DNA from: a virus
Direction: 5' to 3' (one strand)
Virus record (IMG/VR): IMGVR_UViG_3300035670_000068
Span: 46,317 to 110,316 of that record
DNA: 64,000 nucleotides
Position 1 is the first letter of the stretch. Every line of letters starts with the position of its first letter. The position numbers and the translations under genes are program-made. The notes beneath the pieces were generated by a model. It worked only from the letters and a program-made list of their open reading frames with translations, had not been told where the DNA came from and did not search any database. Below, piece by piece: positions 47,112-56,257 of the stretch.

Positions 47112-48341
47112 ATGAAACGAAATCAACAATCTGGGGGAGTCATGACCGAGATCGGTAATGAAACTGAGCTGCTGGCTATTGAGCAGAGTATGGGCACAAA
47201 CAACGCCGGTCTGTTGTTTGAGCAGTTTGCCATAGACGGCAACGCAGACCTGGATGCAGCCAGAACCCTTATCACCCACCCAGAAGACCGCAAGAAAGCT
47301 CGCACCTGGGGCATCAACGAAGCGGCCCCGATGATTGGGCGCTCTATCAGCTATATCCGTCAGAACGAAGCCGACAGTGTAATCCGGGATGAACAGGGCC
47401 GCTGGCACTTCACACTGGGCGATATCAACCGTCTTCGCGAAAAGTACGGCACCCTCTACAAGCGCCCAGCCGGCTCCAAGGCTATGGTCCTCGCGATCAG
47501 CAACTTTAAGGGCGGCGTAGCCAAGACCACCACTTGCATTCACCTAGCTCAGAAGGCCGCGATGGAAGGTCTTCGCGTCCTGGTTGTCGACCTCGATCCG
47601 CAGGCCTCGACCACCTTCAACATGGGCAGCGTGATCCCGGATATCGAAGTAGGCAAGCGGGACATTATCAACGACTCGATGATCGTTGACCCGCAGATGA
47701 TCCAGACGGCCGTCGTTCACACCTACTTCCACAACATTCACCTGATCCCCTCGAACCTGCACCTGCAGGAGCTCGACGTTGTTTTGCCCAATGCGGAAGT
47801 CAACAACAGCGCGCAGCTTGGCCACCCAGCTTATCGCCTGGCCAACGCCCTGGATGTGATTCGCGAGGACTACGACCTGATCATCCTGGACTGCGGCCCG
47901 AACATGGCTTCGGTTTCGGTCAACGCAATGACCGCTTGTAACGGCCTGATCGTTCCGCTTCCCCCACAGACCTTCGACCACGCCTCTTTCGTGATGCTCA
48001 GCTCTTCCCTGGCCAGCTACTTCAAAGCGACAGGCAAGGAGCTGGACTACCTGCGTCTGCTGATCACTAAGCATCCGGGTAGCCAGAGCAAGGGCGCTGC
48101 GCTGATCGAGCAGAAGATTCGCCGCATGTATGGCAGCTACGTCCTGAACAACGTGGTCAGCATGACCGCCGAGATTCAGAAGGCCAGCTCTGAAATGTCC
48201 ACTGTGTACGACCAGGCTGCAAACAAGAACAGCCGTCGTACCTACCAGCGCGCAATCGAAATCCTGGACGCCGTGAACAACGAGATCATCGGCGACCTCA
48301 AGATCATCTGGGCGCGTCAGGCTCGGGAGGCAGCTAAATGA
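47112..48341 (+). CDS. parA: Type Ia plasmid partition ATPase ParA/SopA
   Basis: N-terminal HTH, FKGGVAKTT deviant Walker A, VDLDPQAS, ILDCGP. Confidence 0.95.
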   Translation: MKRNQQSGGVMTEIGNETELLAIEQSMGTNNAGLLFEQFAIDGNADLDAARTLITHPEDRKKARTWGINEAAPMIGRSISYIRQNEADSVIRDEQGRWHFTLGDINRLREKYGTLYKRPAGSKAMVLAISNFKGGVAKTTTCIHLAQKAAMEGLRVLVVDLDPQASTTFNMGSVIPDIEVGKRDIINDSMIVDPQMIQTAVVHTYFHNIHLIPSNLHLQELDVVLPNAEVNNSAQLGHPAYRLANALDVIREDYDLIILDCGPNMASVSVNAMTACNGLIVPLPPQTFDHASFVMLSSSLASYFKATGKELDYLRLLITKHPGSQSKGAALIEQKIRRMYGSYVLNNVVSMTAEIQKASSEMSTVYDQAANKNSRRTYQRAIEILDAVNNEIIGDLKIIWARQAREAAK

Positions 48342-49330
48342 TCGGGAACGAAGAAGAGAGAGCCCCCGGAGTCTTCGGCATTTTTGCCCAGGAGATTCAA
48401 CAGGGGCAGCCCCCGAAGGGCGGAAAAGGACTCCAGAAAGTCCACAGAGATTTGCCGGCCACTGCGCCGGTTTCTGTCATTACGCCGCCCTCCCCTACCG
48501 TCAAGCCGAAGCCTGCTCAGAAGGTAGAGGCTGATGCTTCGGACGATACGGTCTATCTGCTCGACCCGAATGACATTGAGCCCTGGGCCTTCGCAGACCG
48601 TCCCGAGCATGAGTTCGGAGACCTGACGAGCCTGACCGAGAAGATTCGCGTTCACGGCCAGGAAGTCCCTGCTCTGGTTCGTCCAGGCAAGGTGAAGGGC
48701 AAATACGAGCTGATCTACGGTCGCCGTCGCTGGACCGTCTGTAAAGACCTGGGTATCAAGCTCAAAGCCTTCGTCCGCTCCATCGATGACCAGGAAGCAC
48801 ACGCTCGGATGGTCATCGAGAACGAGCGCGACCCGGTTTCTACCTGGGCGAAGGCCATGAACTACAAGAAGGTCATCGAGGCCGGGGTCTACCCGTCCGA
48901 GTCTGCTCTTGCTGCGAAGCTGGGCATTCACCGGGCGTCCCTGAGCAACATCATGGCCTACAACCGCATTCCTGAGCCCGTCGTTGAAGCTCTCGGCCCT
49001 CAGTGTATGTCCGGGATGGGCATTCACACGGCTAAAGCGATCCTGGCCGCTTCGAAGTCGCCAGAGGACGTTGAAGTCCTGGTCAGCAACGCGAACAAGA
49101 TCGTCTCTGGCTCTTTGACTGGCGACAACATCCTCAAGCTGGTCAACAAAGCGAAGGAGTCCAAGCCTCGCGAGACCAAGATCGTCACCGACGACAGCGG
49201 CCGCAAGCTGTTTTCCCTGCGTACAACGGGTCGCGGCATGACCGAAGTGATGTTCTACCAGGAAGCGGTCAAACAGTTCGGTGGCGACGAAGCCTTTGTT
49301 AGTAAAATCAAGGGGTTATTCTCTAAATGA
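48338..49330 (+). CDS. parB: ParB/RepB/Spo0J partition protein
   Basis: GQEVPALVRP, YELIYGRRRW, ENERD, HTH. Confidence 0.93.
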   Translation: MIGNEEERAPGVFGIFAQEIQQGQPPKGGKGLQKVHRDLPATAPVSVITPPSPTVKPKPAQKVEADASDDTVYLLDPNDIEPWAFADRPEHEFGDLTSLTEKIRVHGQEVPALVRPGKVKGKYELIYGRRRWTVCKDLGIKLKAFVRSIDDQEAHARMVIENERDPVSTWAKAMNYKKVIEAGVYPSESALAAKLGIHRASLSNIMAYNRIPEPVVEALGPQCMSGMGIHTAKAILAASKSPEDVEVLVSNANKIVSGSLTGDNILKLVNKAKESKPRETKIVTDDSGRKLFSLRTTGRGMTEVMFYQEAVKQFGGDEAFVSKIKGLFSK

Positions 49331-49344
49331 GAATCATTCTCTCA

Positions 49345-49434
49345 ATGTTGTACCCCCTACAACATGGTCCCTGGTCGATGTTGTACCCCCTACAACATCT
49401 ACCTGGACCCCCAATGTTGTACCCCCTACAACAT
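49345..49434. repeat. Three identical 21-bp palindromes ATGTTGTA-CCCCC-TACAACAT, candidate parS
   Basis: Copies at 49345, 49378 and 49414, immediately downstream of parB. Confidence 0.8.
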
Positions 49435-49489
49435 CGAACTGAGACCCCTCACCCGCTAGACCGAAACCCACAAGACACCAACCACACAG

Positions 49490-49514
49490 AACCCGCCCCC
49501 AGGCGGGTTTTTTT
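49490..49514 (+). terminator. Rho-independent terminator after parAB/parS
   Basis: AACCCGCC-CCCA-GGCGGGTTTTTTT. Confidence 0.75.
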
Positions 49515-50777
49515 ATGCCTGGAGAAAAGTGCATGAAGAGCCGGAATGTTATCTGCTCACCGCAAGCGCTTACTTATCTGAAAGATCGGAAAGAGTTTCG
49601 AATCGTCCCTGCTCCAATCTGGCGTCATGTTCAGATGAATGACCAACTCAGTATCGAGAGCCGCTTTTTGTGGGGAGTTCTATGGGAACTCTGCGCGCTG
49701 GAAAAAGATTACGAGCGCCGACTGACTTGGGGTTTTCTGAGCAAGCGTCTTGGTAAGAGTGAGTCGTCGATCAGACGGTGGGCTCGCCAACTTCAAGCTG
49801 ACGGATATTTGCAGGTCACTCAGGTATTCAACAAAGACGGCGGTCAACTTCCGAGTGTTTTCAGAATCGGCGTACCGAATGGAATTGCTCAAGAGATCGC
49901 AATGAACTCTCCAGATCGGCGCGTGAAAGTAATTGAGCCTGAAACTTCCGACACTGAATCGGCAGATCAGATTCCGGCGTGTGTTGAACCTGATGAACTT
50001 GGTTCGGCTTCTTCGCAAGAAGATCGGCGCGAAGATAACGGTTCGATCATGAATGCCGAAATTGAATCTAGTGCGCCGACTTCTAACGATCATGTTTCGG
50101 ATTGCGGCGCAAAACAGCGCGAGGAAGTTCAAGCGCCGGAATTTCGATCAGCTGGCGGCGTTCATGCCGAAATTACAGACAGTGACTCGAATGCGCCGGC
50201 GTATCGCGCCGAATCTCAGACAGCGTGCATGAAAATCGGCGCAGAAAATGGCACCTCTAGACTGCAATCGATCTTGTCCAAGGACAGAAGCAGGGGCGGG
50301 AAGGGGTCTGGGAGCTCGCACAATGCGAGATCGGAAGAAAAACGTCTCGACGTACAGGGTCAACCCGGATCGTCGTATGAGCGCGAAATTGAAGAGATCA
50401 GGAAACGGGCTTTGAAGCTCGAAAAAGAGGGTCAGAAGAGGGCAGGGGAGGGGGCTTTCAAAGTCGAGCTACCCCAGGGTTTCAAATCTGGCACCCAAAA
50501 CAAAGATTCTTCTGAGCAAGTAAATAACAACAACACCCCCGCGAATGTGGATAGAACCATGCTCAGGGTGAAAGGCGAGCTGCAGAACAAAATCGGAATC
50601 GGCGGCCAGATCGACAAGCTCGCGAAGGAGTTCACCTTCGCGATCCTGTTTGGGGCTTTCAAGAAAATGGAGTTTGCTAAGGCGATCAACGTGGGGGTGA
50701 AGCTAGTGCGCGAAGGTCGTTGGCAGTCTCCGCGCTACTCAATCGATGGTCAGACGGTGTGCGTTCTCAATGGTTAG
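49515..50777 (+). CDS. Putative replication initiator with N-terminal winged HTH
   Basis: LTWGFLSKRLGKSESSIRRWARQLQADGYL; position after parABS; internal DNA repeats. Confidence 0.65.
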   Translation: MPGEKCMKSRNVICSPQALTYLKDRKEFRIVPAPIWRHVQMNDQLSIESRFLWGVLWELCALEKDYERRLTWGFLSKRLGKSESSIRRWARQLQADGYLQVTQVFNKDGGQLPSVFRIGVPNGIAQEIAMNSPDRRVKVIEPETSDTESADQIPACVEPDELGSASSQEDRREDNGSIMNAEIESSAPTSNDHVSDCGAKQREEVQAPEFRSAGGVHAEITDSDSNAPAYRAESQTACMKIGAENGTSRLQSILSKDRSRGGKGSGSSHNARSEEKRLDVQGQPGSSYEREIEEIRKRALKLEKEGQKRAGEGAFKVELPQGFKSGTQNKDSSEQVNNNNTPANVDRTMLRVKGELQNKIGIGGQIDKLAKEFTFAILFGAFKKMEFAKAINVGVKLVREGRWQSPRYSIDGQTVCVLNG

Positions 50778-51427
50778 CCGATTCCAGGACGAACATCGTC
50801 GCGAACTCCTTCGCGTCTTCGTGGGTATCGACCGGGATCAGGTTCGAGCACAGATCAGCGAAGACTTGCCAGGATGCTTTGGTGACAGCCCTGAATCGAG
50901 CGTCGAAACCAACCATCGCGGTCGCACACTTCTTGTTGTCCAGTTCCCAGAAGACGAACGGGCAAGTGATGTGTCGAGGGATGCCAGCAATGAAGCGCCG
51001 AAGTTCGCCAGACCAATTGTTGATGTTGGCTTCTTTCTTGATTTCTTTGTGTTGAAGGAAAGAGCACTCGGTCAAGTTCTTTCCCGTAGCCAGAGCGAAT
51101 ACGATCAGCCGGCGTTCCTCGATGGTGAACTTCATCAGGATCGTCCTGAACTCACCAAGAGTCAGCTTCGGGACCGGCAGTTGGTATTCGGTAGCAGGGC
51201 AGGGGTCTACCAGGCCAAGTATCTGGGCGCGTGCCAGTTCGGTGACGATCTTCTTCATCACGCACCGGCCATGCTTACGCCCAAGTTTGGACTCGACTGT
51301 TTTGTTCAGGATCATCATTTCGAAACCAGTGACGGACTTCACCGGCTTCGAGAAAACATCCATCGGATCAACCCCAGCTTCTGCCAGGATCGATCTGATT
51401 TCTCCTACTTCAATAAAAAGGGTCATG
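50767..51427 (-). CDS. Degenerate tyrosine-recombinase-like protein
   Basis: IVFALATGKNLTECSFL resembles the integrase box I (TG.R.sE..L) without the Arg; no box II seen. Confidence 0.45.
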
Positions 51428-51487
51428 CTTACCTCCGCTGATGCCGCGAAGACTAGCACGACCCTTTTGGGTGGCTTCAAGAAGGCC

Positions 51488-51667
51488 TTAATCGAAGTCG
51501 AAGTCGCCTCCGGTGGCGATATTGCTGATCAGCCAGTAGGTGAGGGCGTCGGTGACGAAGGCCAAGAAGATGCTCAGCGGCCAGCTCAACTCGAACAGGT
51601 AGTGAAACAGGCAAGCCTCGATCACCCACAGAACTACGAACAGGAGCACCTCTCCTACAGTTCTCAT
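51488..51667 (-). CDS. 59-aa membrane protein missing from the ORF track
   Basis: Translated by hand: MRTVGEVLLFVVLWVIEACLFHYLF...GGDFDFD; ATGA-coupled to ligase. Confidence 0.55.
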   Translation of the reverse strand: MRTVGEVLLFVVLWVIEACLFHYLFELSWPLSIFLAFVTDALTYWLISNIATGGDFDFD

Positions 51668-53043
51668 TCGACGCCCACCATGTTGATCGCGTTCTCGAAC
51701 TGTTCCTCGATGCGAGTCAGGTCATCAGCGACAGTCTTGTCCAGGCGCTCTTCGACAAAGCGAGGCAGGAACAGACTGTGCGGCTTCTTCTCCGAAGACG
51801 AATAGAGGATAGAGTTCGAGCGAACGGTGATGATCGTACCTGGGTAAGTCTCGCGCTTGAGGTGAATCTCCATGCGCTTCTCCAGGGTGAAGCCGGAAAC
51901 ATCGACCACCAGCTGACGACAGGAACTGGCGCAGCGCAAAGAACCGAAGGTGTCCTTGTGCATACCCGTCTCGTCACCTGGCACGAAGTCGATCACTTCC
52001 AGCTCGCACTCGGCTTCCAGCTTGAGCTTCACCTGGTCCTTGCTAGTGTGGTCCTTCCAGATCATCTGCCGGCGTTTGATGATCGTGCCTTCCTTGCCCT
52101 GCAGCAGCAGCTCTTTATAGTGGGCGTAGGCGTCCTTCAAGGACTTGACCACTCGCGTCTCAATCAGAGAGACGGTCTTGCTCGCGCCATTCTTGAGCTG
52201 CGCGTACAGGGCAGACAGGCGCTTGTCGTAGGGCACTTCGTACTTGCCCTTCTTGACCACGCACTTGAGCGGGATTTGATCCCATACCTTTAAGATCGGC
52301 TTATAGCCTTCCTCCCAGGCGCCGCCCTGAATCACGCTGTTCAACATGCCGTTGCCGATCTCGCGGGCGAGAACCTTGCCGTTAGCGTCGATAACCAGGA
52401 GCTCGCCATGAGTCTGCGAGTCGCGATAGAACAGGCGTTCGCACTCGGTCAGAAGCTCTTCGAAGCCTTCGTAAGGTAGGGGAGTGCCCTGGCGGCTGGA
52501 CATAGAAGCGGAGCCGGCGCTGTCGATGTTCGTGTTGACGAACATGCCATCAGCCTTCTCCTGGGAGAAAATGCCGTTCGCCCAATCCCACTTGTTCAGA
52601 TCGGTGTGGCTGGGCAGCGAGCAGCGCATATAAGGAAAGGACGGGATCAGGCCTTTGCAGACCTTGTTGATCGTGCTTTCACCGAAGCCGGCCTTGAGGT
52701 CTTTGCGAATGATCCGGCGTAGCAGCTCTGCAGACTCACCGTTCAAGGCCTCCAGCTCGTACTGGATTGCCTCTTGGGCGCCATTGCCGGACAGGTTGCG
52801 TAGAGCCAGGTTGTCCAGAAGCGAGTAGGTCTCGGAGGTGAAGCCTTGTTCTCCAACAAAGCCTGGCGTTGGTAGCTTTTTGACGCCGTAGGTCTTGAAG
52901 GGGTTGTAGGTGTAGTCGAGAACCTTTTTCAGCTCGTCGCCAATCGGAAGCTGCATAGCCTCCGAGAGAATGGCGATCTTGTCGTTCTTGCCTGGCGTGG
53001 CTGCGATCTTCTCGATCAGCTGGAAGACGGTCACGGAGTTCAT
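51664..53043 (-). CDS. ATP-dependent DNA ligase
   Basis: EKADG motif I, HGEL, EGTIIK, KLK, LFLPRF. Confidence 0.93.
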   Translation of the reverse strand: MNSVTVFQLIEKIAATPGKNDKIAILSEAMQLPIGDELKKVLDYTYNPFKTYGVKKLPTPGFVGEQGFTSETYSLLDNLALRNLSGNGAQEAIQYELEALNGESAELLRRIIRKDLKAGFGESTINKVCKGLIPSFPYMRCSLPSHTDLNKWDWANGIFSQEKADGMFVNTNIDSAGSASMSSRQGTPLPYEGFEELLTECERLFYRDSQTHGELLVIDANGKVLAREIGNGMLNSVIQGGAWEEGYKPILKVWDQIPLKCVVKKGKYEVPYDKRLSALYAQLKNGASKTVSLIETRVVKSLKDAYAHYKELLLQGKEGTIIKRRQMIWKDHTSKDQVKLKLEAECELEVIDFVPGDETGMHKDTFGSLRCASSCRQLVVDVSGFTLEKRMEIHLKRETYPGTIITVRSNSILYSSSEKKPHSLFLPRFVEERLDKTVADDLTRIEEQFENAINMVGVE

Positions 53044-53681
53044 TGGGCTTCCTTCATTGCTTGCATGGCTTGAGCCCGACGCTTCGCGAACGCCAGCGGG
53101 CTTTCACCCGGTTCCGGCTTGAGAGCGAGCGGGGCAGGGGAGGGTTTCTTTTCTTCCTTCATCAGCACGTTCACCAGGTCAGCCATCCCCTCAGTGACGT
53201 ACCCGTCTGCAGGCTTGGGCTTCTGGGCCGGGTTCTTGAACGCAGGCTTGTGCTGGACGGCTTTGCGACCAGACTCTTGATCAGACTTTTTGGTGGAGCC
53301 GACCTGCGCCCATCCCCGTGCGTAACTCGGGTTGTTCAGGTCGTACTTGCCAGAGCTGACGGAGAGGGCAGAGGCCTGAGCCTCAGTCTCCGACCTGGTG
53401 TTGGCCGGGTTGATGTTCGTGCGTTCCTTGAAGTACAGCGCCTTGCCCGCAGCCTTTTCCTCTGCGCGCATCTTCTTGGCCGGGCAGGTGTCGTGAGTAC
53501 AGGCCCGCTGGCATTCGATGAACTGGTCACTCTTGATCCGGTTCTCTTCGATTGCGGTGATGGTGTGCAGACAGACCGCATAGCTCGCGTGAGCCCCGCG
53601 CGTGTCGCAGAAGTGGTAGAAGGCGTTGCGCCCACTCATGCTGTCCTTGAGCGGGTGAATGATCTCGGCTTGTTCGCTCAT
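53040..53681 (-). CDS. Cys-rich hypothetical protein
   Basis: 213 aa; SMSGRNAFY..C...YAVC...C...C...CPA. Confidence 0.7.
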   Translation of the reverse strand: MSEQAEIIHPLKDSMSGRNAFYHFCDTRGAHASYAVCLHTITAIEENRIKSDQFIECQRACTHDTCPAKKMRAEEKAAGKALYFKERTNINPANTRSETEAQASALSVSSGKYDLNNPSYARGWAQVGSTKKSDQESGRKAVQHKPAFKNPAQKPKPADGYVTEGMADLVNVLMKEEKKPSPAPLALKPEPGESPLAFAKRRAQAMQAMKEAQ

Positions 53682-53779
53682 AACGAACCTCTCTGGTTTA
53701 GGTTTTGTTTAACTAACTGCTGAGTGAATTATAAGCGCACTTGAAAGGGAAGTGCGCTTATCCGTTTGGCGATCGATCG

Positions 53780-54604
53780 TCAGCCAAACGCACCCCAGGC
53801 CGAGTAGACCTGCTCAGGCATCTTCACCTCTTTCACCGGCTTGGCTTCTTTGGGCGCGTAGACTCGGGAGGCGGTATAGACTTCGCCAGACGCCTCGTCG
53901 TCGAACCCTTTGCTGGAGAGGGTGGCGGTCAGAAGACTTCGAACGGCCGGCAACATCACCGAGAGAGTCATGTTCTCGGTTCTTTCTACGCCTACCAGGT
54001 AATCGGCTTCTTTCAGAGCCTGTTCGAGCAGACCAGCGCGGCTGATTCGACGGATCAGTCCCGAGACTACGGGGTTCGCCATCATGCTATTCGCGATCTT
54101 CTCACCAACTTCCTCGAAGCCGTTTTTAGCGACCATATCGCGAAGCTCGCCGGTGCTGATGCCAAGCTGATGAATCGCCACGTCTTTCTTGTGAAGCTCA
54201 GAGCACCAGGACTGGTTTCGATTCCATCCGGTTTCGCGACCGCAGTAGGCGAGGACTTCGTAGCCTTTGGCAATCACCTTCGAGCCAACGGTCGCATACC
54301 ACTGCTGTGAGGACTCGGCTTTCACGTTGACCTGGCCGGGTAGACCGGGTTTGCGGTTCCACCAGGTAATGCTGACGCCGTTCATCGAGCTGGAGTTGGT
54401 CGGCAGGAAGATCGACTGCCAGGACTTGCCCTCAGAATGAGTACAGATGATGGCCGATATTTCGAGCGAGACCACGTTGATCTCGGAAACCACCGTCTTG
54501 TGCAGGTAGTTCTTAACATTGTCGCCGACGCTCAGGAAACCAGGCGCGACCTCACGGTCGTAATCTGGAAGGTCTCGACTCGGGAAGAGAGGGGTAAATT
54601 TCAT
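53780..54604 (-). CDS. Hypothetical protein with C-terminal WGAFG motif
   Basis: 274-aa ORF following the operator at 54614. Confidence 0.72.
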   Translation of the reverse strand: MKFTPLFPSRDLPDYDREVAPGFLSVGDNVKNYLHKTVVSEINVVSLEISAIICTHSEGKSWQSIFLPTNSSSMNGVSITWWNRKPGLPGQVNVKAESSQQWYATVGSKVIAKGYEVLAYCGRETGWNRNQSWCSELHKKDVAIHQLGISTGELRDMVAKNGFEEVGEKIANSMMANPVVSGLIRRISRAGLLEQALKEADYLVGVERTENMTLSVMLPAVRSLLTATLSSKGFDDEASGEVYTASRVYAPKEAKPVKEVKMPEQVYSAWGAFG

Positions 54605-54622
54605 GGTTCAGTAACTCACCGA

Positions 54623-55729
54623 TTAGTGATTCAACAGTCTGTATTTTGACAGCAGACGGATGGCGTTGATAGTCGTTACCTCCTGAGCTTTGATGAATGC
54701 CTCACGAACTACCTGGGGCGGCACTTCGTTAGGGTCACAGTTCAGAGGCAGCTCGGCGACCTTCGTCTTGAAGCCGTATCGACGCAGCTCCAGGGCAGCC
54801 TCGACAGCGGCGCAAAGGGTAGAGGGCTCACCGTCCCACATCATCGTGATCTCTTTCAAGCCCGCCGCCTTGAGCTTCTTCAAGTCGGACAGCTGATCGT
54901 TGTCGCCACCAGATTCGGCCATCGACAGCGACTTACCGAAAGAGCCAATCGGGGCGATATCGCGGAAGGTAGGGTCTTCGTCGAACGCCTGCTTGATCGC
55001 TGCAACGTCGAGCGCACCTTCACCCATCACCACCTTGTCGAAACCCACAGCATTGTTGGCGTTGTAGATGTACCGGCCTGCACCTGGAAGACCTGGAGGG
55101 AAGATGTACTTCCGCAACGGGTTCGGCTCGATGCTTCGGCCCTGGAACGTCACCAGCTTGCCTTCAATGTCGTAGACCGGGATCACGACTCGATTGGAGT
55201 AGTCCTGAGCTTTCTGCTCGCCGGCCAGGGTGTAGCGGTAGGCGCCTTCCTTGCAGAATCGCCAACCAAAGAACTCGGCCGTCTCTGCAGTGAACCCGCG
55301 ATCAGACAGATACTTGAGGTTCTTACCCTTGATCGGCAGCTCGTAGCTCGGGGGGAGGGCAACGTCAGTTGTCACCTCGTCTACCGGCTTCGACTTGACC
55401 TTCGGACGCCAGCCAGTCGATGCGGCGTAGCTCTTGAGCTCGTTGATGGTTGCCTTGTAGTCGCGACCAAGTAGGTTGAATGCGTAGGAGAACTTGTTGA
55501 AGCCAGGTTCGCCCACACAAGCGCCATGAAAGCAGTTGCCCAGGCCTGTCTCTGCGTTCAGGTAGACCTTCCAGTCTCGACCGCCGCAGCGAGGGCACTC
55601 ACGAAGGTTCAGCTGTGTTCCGCTGCGCCCGCGAGTGACCTTGTAATCGACAGCCTCGAAGACCAGAAAGTCCTCGATCTCGACTCGATCCAGGAGCTCG
55701 TCCAGCTCTTCACTGCTCAGCTTTGCCAT
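54623..55729 (-). CDS. DNA primase (Zn-binding plus TOPRIM)
   Basis: CPRC...CFHGAC; FQGR; GEGALD; MWDGE; DPNE. Confidence 0.9.
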   Translation of the reverse strand: MAKLSSEELDELLDRVEIEDFLVFEAVDYKVTRGRSGTQLNLRECPRCGGRDWKVYLNAETGLGNCFHGACVGEPGFNKFSYAFNLLGRDYKATINELKSYAASTGWRPKVKSKPVDEVTTDVALPPSYELPIKGKNLKYLSDRGFTAETAEFFGWRFCKEGAYRYTLAGEQKAQDYSNRVVIPVYDIEGKLVTFQGRSIEPNPLRKYIFPPGLPGAGRYIYNANNAVGFDKVVMGEGALDVAAIKQAFDEDPTFRDIAPIGSFGKSLSMAESGGDNDQLSDLKKLKAAGLKEITMMWDGEPSTLCAAVEAALELRRYGFKTKVAELPLNCDPNEVPPQVVREAFIKAQEVTTINAIRLLSKYRLLNH

Positions 55730-56052
55730 CAGATAGCCGCCATCGCTTCTTCGATCTTCTTGAGCTTGTCCTGGACGAACTCGAACTCGGTCTTACTGAG
55801 GAAGGCGCACTCCGCGAACATCGGGTATCCGTTGATACCGCGAGGCATCGCCTTGCTCATATCGCAGAAGACCAGGTGAGGGGTGTCTTTCTTCCAGGCT
55901 TCGCGCAGCTCTTCGCCGGCGAACAGCAGCGGCATGAAAATCGAGCCGAGTAGGTGAGTGTCGTTCGGATGAACCGACATGCTAGAGAAGATCGCACCGG
56001 AGTGAATCTTCTTCGCGATTTCAGTCAGCTCTTCTGGCGTGCGCTCAGTCAT
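55729..56052 (-). CDS. Hypothetical protein
   Basis: 107 aa; AMPRGINGYPMF. Confidence 0.7.
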   Translation of the reverse strand: MTERTPEELTEIAKKIHSGAIFSSMSVHPNDTHLLGSIFMPLLFAGEELREAWKKDTPHLVFCDMSKAMPRGINGYPMFAECAFLSKTEFEFVQDKLKKIEEAMAAI

Positions 56053-56254
56053 TGGTCAGACCCTGATCGATCTGCGACAGCAGGTAGATCATCTGGCCTT
56101 CGTCAGCGATGACTTCCTCGTCTTCGCCGTTTGGCGACTCAGCGATCTTCTCGTTTAGATAGGCGGCAGCCTTCGATTCCTTTCCGAATACGACTTCGGT
56201 CAGTTTCAGGTAGTTGCCCAGGGTGGAGTTGTGGCCGGTGGAGAGCTTCTTCAT
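56045..56254 (-). CDS. Hypothetical protein
   Basis: 69-aa coupled ORF. Confidence 0.65.
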   Translation of the reverse strand: MKKLSTGHNSTLGNYLKLTEVVFGKESKAAAYLNEKIAESPNGEDEEVIADEGQMIYLLSQIDQGLTND

Positions 56255-56257
56255 GGT

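Noticed and set aside
49345-49434. Mini-CRISPR array
   Set aside because: Only three 21-bp repeats with 12- and 15-bp spacers and no cas genes; the position after parB fits parS better.
49327-49536. ORFs spanning the parS repeats (MLYPLQH x3)
   Set aside because: The peptide repeats are a by-product of the DNA palindromes; the region contains a terminator and is probably non-coding.
50767-51480. Active integrase / prophage attachment site
   Set aside because: Catalytic residues not found, and no host genes or att-like junction in the window.
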